Under the pieces are notes generated by a model. The model saw nothing but the letters and a program-made list of their open reading frames with translations. It was not told the DNA's origin and ran no database searches. A stretch of 64,000 bases of DNA from Campylobacteraceae bacterium (lineage in GTDB: Bacteria > Campylobacterota > Campylobacteria > Campylobacterales > Campylobacteraceae): contig JAISGD010000010.1 of NCBI GenBank assembly GCA_031263195.1, positions 32,075 through 96,074 of the forward strand, in the 5' to 3' direction. A program made the position numbers and the translations under genes. Shown piece after piece: positions 8,003-18,160 of this stretch; position 1 is the stretch's first letter, and each line of letters opens with the position of its first letter.

Positions 8003-9198
8003 TGCGATTTTTGGAAAATAAAAATATTTTACTCGGAGTTACGGGCAGTATCGCGGCTTACAAAGCGCTTGAACTTATAAGGCTTTTCACAAAAGCGGGC
8101 GCAAATGTAAGAGTAATTTTGAGCGAAGACGCGAAACGTTTCGTAACGCCTCTTAGCTTTGAAGCCCTTAGTAAAAATAGAGTTTTGCACAGTTCCACGG
8201 AGAGTTGGGAAAACGATAACAATCATATTTTTATCAATAAATGGGCTGATATTTTTGTCATCGCTCCCGCTACTGCAAATACGATAAATAAACTTTCCGC
8301 CGGCATTGCCGACAATCTTTTGACGTCCACAGCGCTTGCCTTTACAAAACCCATACTTATAGCCCCAGCGGCAAATACGGCTATGTTTTTACACAAAAGC
8401 ACGCAAAACTCGCTTCTTAAATTAAAAAGTTTCGGATACAAAATATGTTCTGTGCAAAATAAACTCTTAGCTTGCGACGATAAAGGTGAAGGAGCTTTGA
8501 GTGAGCCAAAAGCTATATTTTTTGAAACAGCGCGCGTTTTACTTTCAAACCCTTTTTGGCAAGATAAAAATATCATATTAACAGGCGGCGGAACTATCGA
8601 AAAGATAGACGATGTAAGATTTATCTCAAACTTTTCAAGCGGCAAAATGGCTGAAAGCTTAGCGACGGCTCTATTTTTAAAAGGCGCTAATGTCTTATAT
8701 ATCCAAAGTTGCGCGTCGCATGAAACGCATTTGCCCATAAAAAGAGTATTTGCGCAAAGCGCTGAAGAGATGAAAAAAACTCTTAATAACGCTCTTTTGA
8801 GCGAAAAATACGCATTTTTATTTATGGTAGCCGCGGTAAGCGATTATAGAGTGGAAAACCAAAGTATCGGCAAATTAAAAAAAGAGGTTTTAGGAGATAA
8901 GTTTGAACTAAAACTTGTAAAAAATGACGATATACTTTTAAATATCAACAAAAAAGATATGAAAATCGTCGGTTTTAAAGCTGAGCTTGACGCTAAAAAC
9001 GCGTTTCAAAACGCGAAAAATATGTTGAAAGAAAAAAATCTTGACGCTGTTTGTCTGAATGTGATAGATAACGCCAATCCGTTTGGCAGCGATACCAACG
9101 CTATAACGTTCATCACAAAAAAAGAGACGATAGAATTTCTTAAAAAAAGTAAACTTGAGATATCGTTCGATATTTTAAAAAATTGCGAAGAGTTGTAA
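8002..9198 (+). CDS. coaBC: Phosphopantothenoylcysteine decarboxylase / phosphopantothenate-cysteine ligase
   Basis: Flavoprotein N-domain (ILLGVTGSIAAYKALELIR, PATANTINK) fused to a CoaB domain (ISNFSSGKM). Its start overlaps the glmU stop. Confidence 0.95.
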   Translation: MRFLENKNILLGVTGSIAAYKALELIRLFTKAGANVRVILSEDAKRFVTPLSFEALSKNRVLHSSTESWENDNNHIFINKWADIFVIAPATANTINKLSAGIADNLLTSTALAFTKPILIAPAANTAMFLHKSTQNSLLKLKSFGYKICSVQNKLLACDDKGEGALSEPKAIFFETARVLLSNPFWQDKNIILTGGGTIEKIDDVRFISNFSSGKMAESLATALFLKGANVLYIQSCASHETHLPIKRVFAQSAEEMKKTLNNALLSEKYAFLFMVAAVSDYRVENQSIGKLKKEVLGDKFELKLVKNDDILLNINKKDMKIVGFKAELDAKNAFQNAKNMLKEKNLDAVCLNVIDNANPFGSDTNAITFITKKETIEFLKKSKLEISFDILKNCEEL

Positions 9199-9199
9199 A

Positions 9200-9877
9200 T
9201 TGAACGAATTATTACATGCGGCGATTATTATGGACGGCAATGGACGATGGGCTGAAAAGAGAGGCAAAAATAGAAGTTTTGGTCACGAGGCGGGAGCGAA
9301 ATCGGTAGAAAAGATTACGACTTACGCAGCAAAAATAGGCTTAAAATATCTTACTCTTTACGCTTTTAGTACGGAAAATTGGAATCGTCCCAAAAGCGAA
9401 GTAGCTTTTTTGATGAAACTTTTTAAACGTTTTTTGATAACTCATTTGGGCGTTTTGCGAAATAACAATATAAAATTTGAAACCATCGGAAACTTGGATA
9501 TACTGGATAGCGGATTGCAAAAAAAAATAGAAATTGTTAAAGACAGAACAAAAAATAATAGCGGATTAACGCAAATTTTAGCCATTAATTACGGTTCGCG
9601 CGACGAGATAGTAAGGGCTTGCAAAAAGCTTTTTGAAAGCAAAGACGATATTAATGAGCAAACTTTGCAAGCGAATCTGGACACAAAAGATATTCCTCCA
9701 GTAGATTTACTGATACGAACGGGCGGGGAGCGGAGATTGTCAAATTTTTTGCTTTGGCAAGCCTCTTATGCGGAACTTTTTTTTATAAATACTTTATGGC
9801 CCGATTTTAACGAGACTCATTTTGAACAAATAATACAAGTGTATCAAAAAACGCAAAGAAAGTTTGGTGGATTATGA
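9200..9877 (+). CDS. uppS: Di-trans,poly-cis-undecaprenyl-diphosphate synthase
   Basis: Motifs HAAIIMDGNGRWA, YAFSTENWNRP and RTGGERRLSNFLLWQ. TTG start. Confidence 0.95.
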   Translation: MNELLHAAIIMDGNGRWAEKRGKNRSFGHEAGAKSVEKITTYAAKIGLKYLTLYAFSTENWNRPKSEVAFLMKLFKRFLITHLGVLRNNNIKFETIGNLDILDSGLQKKIEIVKDRTKNNSGLTQILAINYGSRDEIVRACKKLFESKDDINEQTLQANLDTKDIPPVDLLIRTGGERRLSNFLLWQASYAELFFINTLWPDFNETHFEQIIQVYQKTQRKFGGL

Positions 9878-10602
9878 ATATAGCTTATTTAACTGTTTTC
9901 GGATTGCTGTTCGGCTCATTTTTAAATGTTTTGATATTAAGAATTCCAAAAAACGAAAGTATAATTTTTCCTTCGTCTCATTGCGTTAATTGCGGCACAC
10001 CTTTAAAATGGTATCACAATATACCGCTTATCTCTTGGGTATTTTTAGGCGGGAAATGCGCGTATTGCAAAAAAAAGATAAGTTTTCAATATCCGCTTGT
10101 TGAACTCATAACCGCACTTTTGTTTTTCACCTGCGCTTTAAAAGAGAGTAATGTATATTTTGCTTTGGTACAAGGCGTTATTTTCGCTTTGCTGTTGGCG
10201 CTATCCGTGATAGATTTAAGGTATAAAGCCGTGCCTGACAGTCTAAGTTTGCCCACACTTGTTTTGGCGCTTGTCGGCATTGAAATACTCTCAAAACTCC
10301 AATACGCGCTTTTATTTGCGGGTGGATTTGCCCTACTTCGTATATTTATAACCGCCATTATCAAAAGAGAAGCTATGGGGGAAGCTGATATTATAATAGC
10401 CGCTGTTATAGGAGCGATGCTTGGTATTCCTTTAGGATTTGTCGCTATATATTTGTCAGCGCTTTTCGCCCTGCCCGCTTTTTTTATAGTCGCCAAAAGA
10501 GGATTTGAGTTGCCGTTTATTCCATTTTTGGCTGCCGGACTTTTTGTGACATATCTATTTAACGATCAAATATCCGCGCTTTTGAAGTATGTATATGGGT
10601 AA
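9874..10602 (+). CDS. A24 family prepilin/pre-pseudopilin peptidase
   Basis: N-terminal Cys cluster (CVNCGTPL...CAYCKKKI) followed by polytopic TM segments with conserved Asp (SVIDLRYK, GEADI). Confidence 0.85.
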   Translation: MNIAYLTVFGLLFGSFLNVLILRIPKNESIIFPSSHCVNCGTPLKWYHNIPLISWVFLGGKCAYCKKKISFQYPLVELITALLFFTCALKESNVYFALVQGVIFALLLALSVIDLRYKAVPDSLSLPTLVLALVGIEILSKLQYALLFAGGFALLRIFITAIIKREAMGEADIIIAAVIGAMLGIPLGFVAIYLSALFALPAFFIVAKRGFELPFIPFLAAGLFVTYLFNDQISALLKYVYG

Positions 10603-11611
10603 AACGAATCATTATCTTTTAAGTCAATTCATATCGGTTTTCGGTTCGCTGTTTTTTACGCTGTTTTTTATCACTTCGGTAATATATTTCATACAAATAG
10701 CTCGTATCACATCGGTCATAAAAATAACGTTTTTTGAGCTTGGGAAATTGTATCTTTTTTTGTTGCCAAAAGTTTTGATTTTCACTCTGCCTATCACTTT
10801 TTTTATAGCTTTGGCTATAGTTTTATTCAAACTTTCCCGCGAAAATGAGACTATAGTTCTTTTCTCGCTTGGATTTTCACCAAAAAAAATAGCTAAATTT
10901 TTTGTACTTATATCTTCCCTGCTATCGTTTTTTTTAGTTTTAAATGTGCTTATTTTAATGCCTTTATCGAAAGAACTTCAATCAAATTTTGTTGATTACA
11001 AAAAAGCGGAAGCTCGTTTTAATATAGAGGCTACGGAGTTTGGACAAAAATTTTCTGATTGGTTTGTTTTTGTAAATAGCGCCGGCAAAGATTATTACAA
11101 AGATATCGTTATGTATCAAAACGAACAAAAACAAGATAGGATTGTTTCCGCTTCAGAAGCTTTTATCGATAACGGCAAAGGAGAAATAAGTCTTGAACTT
11201 AAAAATGGAAAAGCTTATAATATCGCGAAAAATGAGATAAATCAGTTGGACTTTGAGACAATGCTTATGCGTGCACTCATCGGTGATAAAGTGAGAGATA
11301 TCAATAGTATAAGAACGTATTGGTTTGATATATTTGAAGATAAAAAGAAGGCGAAAGATTTTGTATTTTATATGCTTATAGCGCTCTTTCCGCTTGCTAC
11401 TACTCTCTTTGCGCTCTCATTTGGTATAGTTACATACAGATATGAACGAAGCGGTATTTACTTTAGTATTTCTTTGGTGATCATAGCTTACTTTGCCGCA
11501 GTAATGATACTTCAACAGTTCCATCCGATAGGAAGCGTTATTCTAATATTCGGCACTACAGCTATACTCTCTTTTGTCGCTTTTAAACAAAAAGTTCTAA
11601 AACGTTTTTAA
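10589..11611 (+). CDS. LptF/LptG (YjgP/YjgQ) family LPS export permease
   Basis: 340 aa. Has the 3 TM - periplasmic domain - 3 TM architecture and a family-like N-terminus. Its position between the prepilin peptidase gene and truA is the arrangement I recall for Campylobacter; this is from memory. Confidence 0.8.
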   Translation: MYMGKTNHYLLSQFISVFGSLFFTLFFITSVIYFIQIARITSVIKITFFELGKLYLFLLPKVLIFTLPITFFIALAIVLFKLSRENETIVLFSLGFSPKKIAKFFVLISSLLSFFLVLNVLILMPLSKELQSNFVDYKKAEARFNIEATEFGQKFSDWFVFVNSAGKDYYKDIVMYQNEQKQDRIVSASEAFIDNGKGEISLELKNGKAYNIAKNEINQLDFETMLMRALIGDKVRDINSIRTYWFDIFEDKKKAKDFVFYMLIALFPLATTLFALSFGIVTYRYERSGIYFSISLVIIAYFAAVMILQQFHPIGSVILIFGTTAILSFVAFKQKVLKRF

Positions 11612-12328
11612 ATGAGAGTTTTTCTTTATATTAGTTATGACGGAAGCAAATTTCAAGGTTTTCAGCAACAGCCAAATAAAAACGGCGTTATGGATAAAAT
11701 TATTTTTGCTGCAAAAGAGCTTGGCATAACTTCAAAACCCATAGGAAGTTCACGTACAGACAAAGGAGTGCATGCGCTAAATCAAGTTGTGCATATTGAT
11801 ATTCCGCTTTTTTGGGAAGATTTGGAAAAACTGAAAAATACGCTAAATCGTCTGTTTTCTCCTTACATACATGTAGGAAATATACTGCCCTCTAATTTAC
11901 ATGCAAGGTTTGACGCTAAGAAAAGATTATACAGATATGTCTGTTATGGCGGCGAATATAACCCGTTTTTGAGCGATTACGCGCTTTTTTTACCAAAATT
12001 TGATTTAAATCTTATAAACAAAGCTCTTTTACTTTTTGTCGGAAAACACGATTTTGGCTTTTTTAAAAAAACAGGCAGCGAAACGAAAGACGATATAAGA
12101 ATTCTATATAAAGCGGACGCTTACATGTATAAAAACTTTTTAATTTTTAGATTTTTGGCGAACGGTTTTTTACGCTCGCAAGTAAGACTTATAACAAGCG
12201 CGGCATTAAGCGTGCAAGAAGGAGCGCTCACGCTTTCAGAATTAAAAGCTCAAATAGATAAAAAAAGCCGCGTTTTCACTAAAGCCGCGTCTGCTTGCGG
12301 ATTGTATTTGAGTAGGGTTTATTACTGA
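11612..12328 (+). CDS. truA: tRNA pseudouridine(38-40) synthase
   Basis: YDGSKFQGFQQQ and catalytic GSSRTDKGVHAL motif. Confidence 0.95.
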   Translation: MRVFLYISYDGSKFQGFQQQPNKNGVMDKIIFAAKELGITSKPIGSSRTDKGVHALNQVVHIDIPLFWEDLEKLKNTLNRLFSPYIHVGNILPSNLHARFDAKKRLYRYVCYGGEYNPFLSDYALFLPKFDLNLINKALLLFVGKHDFGFFKKTGSETKDDIRILYKADAYMYKNFLIFRFLANGFLRSQVRLITSAALSVQEGALTLSELKAQIDKKSRVFTKAASACGLYLSRVYY

Positions 12329-12446
12329 AAATTTGCAGATTTTCATTTGACACTAAGTAAATATAGTTTTATAAATCTACATGCAATAATATTTTTGTCA
12401 TTTGCAAAAAGCAAAACAAAGTTGATTTTCTAGGTAATATATAAAA

Positions 12447-12745
12447 TTATTACCGTTACATGTAGCGTTAAACGGTTTTTCATAAAATACTATTTATTAG
12501 CTTCTATCAAATTTACTTGGCATAAGTGTTTACACAACAAATGAATCCGCCTAAAATTTACTATAGCAGATGATAATATGAGAATTTCTTTTTTAATTTT
12601 AGTGTACGATTTTTTATATCAAAATGGTCATTTGCGTCCAATATATACTTCTTTTTGCTTTATTTATTTTGCTCATTTACTGATTTAGCTTTTCAATAAT
12701 CATTTTCATACCACTTGTTTCAACGTTATTACCGCTACATGTAGC
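12447..12745. repeat. Pair of 20-nt direct repeats (TTATTACCGyTACATGTAGC) bracketing 259 bp of non-coding DNA
   Basis: The copies are at 12447-12466 and 12726-12745 and match at 19/20 positions. Each contains the TACATGTA palindrome. The second copy ends 4 nt before the stop codon of the ABC-F gene. Confidence 0.8.
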
Positions 12746-12749
12746 CAAA

Positions 12750-14225
12750 TTACAACTCTATAATTTTTGTAGCGATTTTTTCGGCAAACACTTTGTCGTG
12801 CTCCACAAATAACATTGTGGGGCGATACTCTAAAAGCATATTTTCAATCTGCATTCTTGAAAGCACGTCGATGAAATTCAACGGTTCGTCCCATACGTAT
12901 ATATGAGCGCTCTCGCACAAACTTTTCGCCACAAGAACTTTTTTCTTTTGTCCGTCGCTAAATTCGCTCATGTCTTTCTCGAATTGTTCGCGCGAAAAGT
13001 CTAATTTACGCAAAATAGTCTTGAAAAGACTCTCGTCTATTTTGGAAATATTCGCGAAATCTTTTAAGTTTCCCTCCAACGCTATAGTTTGCGGCACATA
13101 AGATATTTTCAAATTACTCTGCACGTAAAGTTTGCCATCATAAGCTATATTTTCGCCTAAAATCAATTTTATAAGAGTACTTTTACCGCAACCGTTCTGC
13201 CCTTTTAGCAAAACTCGCTCGCCGTTTTCAATCGTAAAACTTAATTTTTCAAAAACAGTTTTATCGTAAAACGGACTAAGATTTACCGCCTCTATCAATC
13301 TTTTTTGCGAATATTCCAAAAAGGAGAGTTTCAAATCCGGAGCATATTCGAGATTTTTCAGCAGTTTAGACTTTTCATCAGCGGCTTTATTAAAGCAATT
13401 TTGAGCGTTTTTCGCTTTTTGCATAAGTTTGGCGGATTTATGTCCGATAAAACCTTTGTCCGCCGCTACTCCGCTGTTTTTATCTATATGGTATTTACTG
13501 CGTTCGGTTTTATTTGACCACGCGATTATATCTTTTGCTGCTGCTTGTAAACGCTTAATGTCTTTAGAAAGTTTCTTATTTTGCGATAACTCAAAATTAT
13601 CTTTATACTCTTTATTTTGCTGCCACGAAGAAAAGTTGCCGTATTGCATCTCTAATCCCGTTTGATTTATGGACAATATATGGTCTACGCAATTGTCCAA
13701 AAAATAGCGGTCATGGGATACTAAAATGAAACCTTTTTTGTATTTTAAATACTCCGATATATTTTGTACGGCTTGAGTATCCAAATGATTGGCAGGTTCG
13801 TCCAAAAGTAAAAAATTATCCTCTTTTAAAAATAAAATCGCGAGTAGCGATTTAGCCTGTTCGCCGCCGCTTAAAGTTTCAAATGCTCTATGCAAAACAT
13901 TTTTGTTTAAACTTAAAAGCGAAATCTCTTTTTCCAATTGCCATAGCTCTATAAAAGGATAAATTTTTTGAGCTATTTCCAGCACGGTTTTTTCAGGCTC
14001 ATTCACTTCAAACGGAAAATAGTCAAAGTTCACTGACGCCGATATAGTGCCCGTATATTCGTATTGTCCCATTAAAAGTTTTAAAAGAGTCGTTTTGCCG
14101 CGCCCGTTTCTACTGATAAAGCCTAATTTCCAATCAGTATCCAAAGTTATGGAAACATTTTCAAAAATAGCGTCGCTCCCATTTTCATAAGTAAAACTTA
14201 GATTTTTGATATTTATCAGCGACAT
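12750..14225 (-). CDS. Lsa-like ABC-F ribosomal protection protein (two ABC domains, no TM domain)
   Basis: 491 aa. Collinear from memory with Lsa(A)-type proteins: NWKLGFISRNGRGKTTLLKLL, LSGGEQAK...LLLDEPANHLD, GFILVSHDRYFLD, and a basic interdomain linker (KLSKDIKRLQAAAK...GFIGHKSAKLMQKAKN). The second cassette reads GQNGCGKSTL...FSDGQKKK...YVWDEPLNFID. Confidence 0.85.
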   Translation of the reverse strand: MSLINIKNLSFTYENGSDAIFENVSITLDTDWKLGFISRNGRGKTTLLKLLMGQYEYTGTISASVNFDYFPFEVNEPEKTVLEIAQKIYPFIELWQLEKEISLLSLNKNVLHRAFETLSGGEQAKSLLAILFLKEDNFLLLDEPANHLDTQAVQNISEYLKYKKGFILVSHDRYFLDNCVDHILSINQTGLEMQYGNFSSWQQNKEYKDNFELSQNKKLSKDIKRLQAAAKDIIAWSNKTERSKYHIDKNSGVAADKGFIGHKSAKLMQKAKNAQNCFNKAADEKSKLLKNLEYAPDLKLSFLEYSQKRLIEAVNLSPFYDKTVFEKLSFTIENGERVLLKGQNGCGKSTLIKLILGENIAYDGKLYVQSNLKISYVPQTIALEGNLKDFANISKIDESLFKTILRKLDFSREQFEKDMSEFSDGQKKKVLVAKSLCESAHIYVWDEPLNFIDVLSRMQIENMLLEYRPTMLFVEHDKVFAEKIATKIIEL

Positions 14226-14557
14226 GTGATAGATTCCTCTAAAAAGTTTTTAAGGTATAGTTTATCCAAAAATATCATTTTAGTAAAATCATAATAAATT
14301 ACGGCGTGCTTTAACTTTAGACCTGTTTTTGTAGTTTTTATTTTGAAATTGATTTTGTTTCTACATGTAAGTAGATTTTTGAAATAGCTAATAAGCGTAG
14401 ATAATCAAAAAACGCTTTAAATTTCGTTTTACATGTACTCAAAAAAACAGCGAAACAACTATCTAATTTAAGCTTATATTAAGTTTTTTGAATACAAACT
14501 ATTTTTATACGTTTTAAAGTTTATATATTAAATAAGTCGTATTTCATTACTTTATTA

Positions 14558-15778
14558 TCAATTTCTTTTATATACGACTTTGCCTTTCGCTATCGTATAA
14601 AGTATTTTTCCTTTTAACGTTTCGCCCGAATATACAGAATCTGATATATTTAGTTTTTCCTCACATGCAGGATCAAATATAACCAAATCAGCGTCAAACC
14701 CCTCTTTTATCTCGCCTTTTGTTTTTAAATCCAAGATTTTCGCGGGCGTTTTGCTTGTCAAATTTATAAACTGTTCTATGGTTATCAATTTTGTATCGAT
14801 TAAATAGGTAAAAATGAGCGGCAAATAATCGCAAATAGCGTGTATGCCGTACGCCGCTTCCTCAAAAGCTACGTCTTTGTAAAGAATAGAACGCGGAGAA
14901 TGCGCGGAAGTTAAAATATCTATGTCGTTATTCAACTCTTCCAGCAATTTTTGACGTTCACTCTCATCGCGCAAAGGCGGTTTTATTTTCGCGTAAGTAT
15001 TAAAATCATCGCAACTTGTGTCGTTTTTAAGCAGATGGTGGATGGAAACTTCGGCATAAGCTTCCATCGTTTCTTTGGCTTCTTTTACAAGTTCAACGGA
15101 ACGTTTGGCGGATAATGTTTGAAAAAGAATCGGCATATTGTAGTATTTTGCCATCTCGCACAATTTAGCCACTTCGCTGGTTTCCGATATCTTTGAAATG
15201 CCCGGAAGTCCGAGTTTAAACGCTACTTCGCCGTCATTCATCACGCCGTTATCGTCCAAGTCATCGTCATAACAATCTATCAAAAAAGGCGTTTTTCTCA
15301 TTTTGGCATATTGCATGCCGCGTCTAATTAGATTTGAATTCACATGCGATTTGCCCCATATGGCGATTGCGCCGTTTTGTATCAAAGTAGCGATATTATT
15401 GAGTTTGTTTGTCTCCTCATTCATCAAAGGAGCAGATAAAAATATAGTTGTAGGCAGAGTATTTACCTTGGCATTTAAAAGTTCCAAAAAACTCTCATTA
15501 TCAAGGCGAGGGATAAAATCAGGAACAATAAGAGCTGTTGTAACGCCGCCTTTAACGCAATCATCGGAAAGAGTATTTAAATTTTTTTGATTTAACGTAT
15601 CGTTTTTAAGTCTTACATGTAAGTCTATAAGACCTGGAAACAAGTATGCGCCGTTTGCGTCTATCGTATCATTGTCTTTATCTGTGATACTGTCCGCTAC
15701 CTTAACTATTTTACCATTTTCAATAAAAATATCTTTTAAGTTTTTATCATCGGACATTTTGGCATTTTTAATTAACAT
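14558..15778 (-). CDS. Dihydroorotase-like amidohydrolase, probably a non-catalytic PyrC'-type
   Basis: 406-aa class I DHOase-like fold. The metal-binding DxHxH motif reads DLHVR, and the TDHAPH-type motif reads TSAHSPR. Confidence 0.8.
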   Translation of the reverse strand: MLIKNAKMSDDKNLKDIFIENGKIVKVADSITDKDNDTIDANGAYLFPGLIDLHVRLKNDTLNQKNLNTLSDDCVKGGVTTALIVPDFIPRLDNESFLELLNAKVNTLPTTIFLSAPLMNEETNKLNNIATLIQNGAIAIWGKSHVNSNLIRRGMQYAKMRKTPFLIDCYDDDLDDNGVMNDGEVAFKLGLPGISKISETSEVAKLCEMAKYYNMPILFQTLSAKRSVELVKEAKETMEAYAEVSIHHLLKNDTSCDDFNTYAKIKPPLRDESERQKLLEELNNDIDILTSAHSPRSILYKDVAFEEAAYGIHAICDYLPLIFTYLIDTKLITIEQFINLTSKTPAKILDLKTKGEIKEGFDADLVIFDPACEEKLNISDSVYSGETLKGKILYTIAKGKVVYKRN

Positions 15779-15835
15779 ACAGATCCTTTATTATGGTTTT
15801 TATTTAAGTTTAGAAACGGCGCGATGAAACTCTTT

Positions 15836-16732
15836 TCAGGCAAGCAAATCCCTTAAACTGTCAAGCGGAGATTTTCCTGCTATAATCATACTAACCTCTC
15901 TTGCTATAGGCGTGTAGATCTCTCTCTCTTTTGAGATTTTGCTTATGGCGCTTGACGTTAAAACGCCTTCGGCTACCTCTCCCAACTCTTGCAAAATTTT
16001 ATCAAGTTTCATGCCTTTGGCTAAAGCCACTCCTACGCGATAGTTGCGTGAAAGCACGCTTGAAGCGGTCAAAAACAGATCTCCTGCTCCGCTAAGTCCC
16101 AAAAATGTTATCTCTTTAGCGCCAAAACTTAACCCGAATCTTTGCATTTCAACAAGTCCTCTCGCTATAAGGCTCGCTCTTGCATTAAGTCCTAAATTAA
16201 GCCCGTCGCACACTCCGCTGGCAATCGCTAAAACATTTTTATACGCGCCGCTTATCTCCGCTCCAATGATATCGTCGCCGGCGTAAGCTTTAATAAAACT
16301 CGGAAAAAACGCGCAAAACTCTTTCGCCGTTTTTTGCTTTTTGGAACTTACCACTAAAGCTGTCGGCAGCGCTTTCATAACTTCCGCGGCAAACGAAGGA
16401 CCGGAAAGACAGGCAAGATTTGAATTTGGGATAAAATCCGAAAATATCTCGTTTAAAAATCTTCCGCTGCTCTCTTCTATGCCTTTAGCGGCTATAAGTA
16501 TTTTTTGATTATTGTATTTGAAGTTTTTTCTAAGCCATTCGCTGATAATTTGTGCAGGAAGCGCCATAACGATATATTCATTATCTAACGCTTCGGCAAG
16601 ACTTACAAAATTGGGGATATCTTTTTTTGTTCTTGAGGTAATCATGCTTTTATGATTTTGCGAAAACGCGAAATGTAACGCTTGTCCCCATTTGCCGCCG
16701 CCAATTACAGCTATATTCATTTTACACGCCAA
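15836..16732 (-). CDS. gpsA: NAD(P)H-dependent glycerol-3-phosphate dehydrogenase
   Basis: N-terminal Rossmann motif ([10 protein letters not shown]), plus GPSFAAEV and NVLAIASG motifs. Confidence 0.9.
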   Translation of the reverse strand: MACKMNIAVIGGGKWGQALHFAFSQNHKSMITSRTKKDIPNFVSLAEALDNEYIVMALPAQIISEWLRKNFKYNNQKILIAAKGIEESSGRFLNEIFSDFIPNSNLACLSGPSFAAEVMKALPTALVVSSKKQKTAKEFCAFFPSFIKAYAGDDIIGAEISGAYKNVLAIASGVCDGLNLGLNARASLIARGLVEMQRFGLSFGAKEITFLGLSGAGDLFLTASSVLSRNYRVGVALAKGMKLDKILQELGEVAEGVLTSSAISKISKEREIYTPIAREVSMIIAGKSPLDSLRDLLA

Positions 16733-18149
16733 GCTTTGCTTTTAAAAGTTCGTTTACTTTTGCAGGATTTGCCGCGCCTTTACTTTTCTTTATCGCTTGT
16801 CCGACAAAAAATCCAAAAAGTTTATCTTTACCCGCCTTTATCTGTTCTACTTTATCTTGGTTTTCACTCAAAACCTCGTCTATTATCACCGCTATCGCGC
16901 TATCATCGCTCACTTGTTTCAGTCCCAATCTTTCGATAGCGCTATCTACATCCTCGTCGTTTTGCATTAAAAAGTCTAAAATCTCTTTTGCCGCTTTGCC
17001 GCTTATAGTGCCATCTTCTATTCTTTTAACTAACGCGGCTAATTTATCGGCTTTAACGGGAGAGTTTTCTATCCCCACCCCACCTTCAAGACGTCCTAAA
17101 AGCTCAACGCTAAGCCAGTTTACGCTATTTTTTGCGCCTGCTCCAAACTCTATCATCTCTTCAAAGTATTTGGCTAATTCAACGGAGTTTGTGATAACTC
17201 CGGCGTCATACGGTTTAATGTTAAACTCTTTTATATAGCGAGCTTTTTTTTCATCAGGAAGTTCAGGGATTTTAACGCACTCTTCCATCATTTTATCGTC
17301 TATTATTACCGGCAATAGATCGGGATCCGGAAAATAACGATACTCCGCGCTATCTTCCTTGTTTCTCATACTCCTCGTTTCGCCGCTTTCTATATTAAAA
17401 AGCCTTGTCTCTTGCACAACCTCTTTATCATAAACCCCATCTGTCCACGCTTCGCTTTGACGCTCCACCTCATAATCTATCGCTTTTTGTATAAATCTAA
17501 AAGAGTTTAGGTTTTTTATCTCTACTCTCGTATACAGTTTTGTATCGCCTTTAGGTCTTATAGAAACGTTCGCGTCGCAGCGGAAACTACCCTCTTGCAT
17601 ATTGGCGTCGCTAATATTGAGATATCTTAGTATCGCGTGAATTTTTTTAAGATACGATACGGCTTCGTCCGAACTTCTAAGATCAGGCTCGCTTACTATT
17701 TCCAAAAGCGGAGTGCCGGCGCGATTTAGATCAACGCCGCTAAAATTCGCTTCATGCACATTTTTACCGGCATCCTCTTCCAAATGAGCTCTTGTTACGC
17801 CTATTTTTTTTGTCGAACCGTCTTTTAAATCTATATAAACTTCACCTTTTTCAACTATGGGGATTTCAAATTGACTTATTTGATAGGCTTTTGGAAGATC
17901 GGGATAAAAATAGTTTTTTCTGTTAAAAATAGAGCGTTTATTTATAGTCGCGTTGATAGCCGTTCCAAAAGCTATCGATTTTTTGACAGCTTCTTTATTT
18001 AACACGGGAAGCGCTCCTGGAAGTCCTAAACACACGGGACACACATTTGTGTTTGGTTTCTCGCCAAAACTTGTGGGACACGAACAAAAAATCTTTGTTT
18101 TTGTATTTAGTTGAGTGTGAACTTCAAGACCTATTACAACTTCAAACAT
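16722..18149 (-). CDS. gatB: Asp/Glu-tRNA amidotransferase subunit B
   Basis: Motifs [30 protein letters not shown] and [19 protein letters not shown]-terminal YqeY-like tail. Confidence 0.97.
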   Translation of the reverse strand: MFEVVIGLEVHTQLNTKTKIFCSCPTSFGEKPNTNVCPVCLGLPGALPVLNKEAVKKSIAFGTAINATINKRSIFNRKNYFYPDLPKAYQISQFEIPIVEKGEVYIDLKDGSTKKIGVTRAHLEEDAGKNVHEANFSGVDLNRAGTPLLEIVSEPDLRSSDEAVSYLKKIHAILRYLNISDANMQEGSFRCDANVSIRPKGDTKLYTRVEIKNLNSFRFIQKAIDYEVERQSEAWTDGVYDKEVVQETRLFNIESGETRSMRNKEDSAEYRYFPDPDLLPVIIDDKMMEECVKIPELPDEKKARYIKEFNIKPYDAGVITNSVELAKYFEEMIEFGAGAKNSVNWLSVELLGRLEGGVGIENSPVKADKLAALVKRIEDGTISGKAAKEILDFLMQNDEDVDSAIERLGLKQVSDDSAIAVIIDEVLSENQDKVEQIKAGKDKLFGFFVGQAIKKSKGAANPAKVNELLKAKLGV

Positions 18150-18160
18150 ATATAAAACCT

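Noticed and set aside
8223-8738. 171-aa minus-strand ORF inside coaBC. Similar cases: 10086-10496 inside the prepilin peptidase gene, 27814-28239 in the FtsX permease gene, and 32842-33228 in the dppC-like gene.
   Set aside because: All are antisense to genes with clear family motifs and are typical long shadow ORFs.
12456-12482. ACCGTT...AACGGT followed by TTTTT around the 12457 palindrome, considered as a truA terminator.
   Set aside because: The stem is only 6 bp with a 13-nt loop, and it lies 130 nt past the truA stop. It is too weak to call, although it may contribute to termination.
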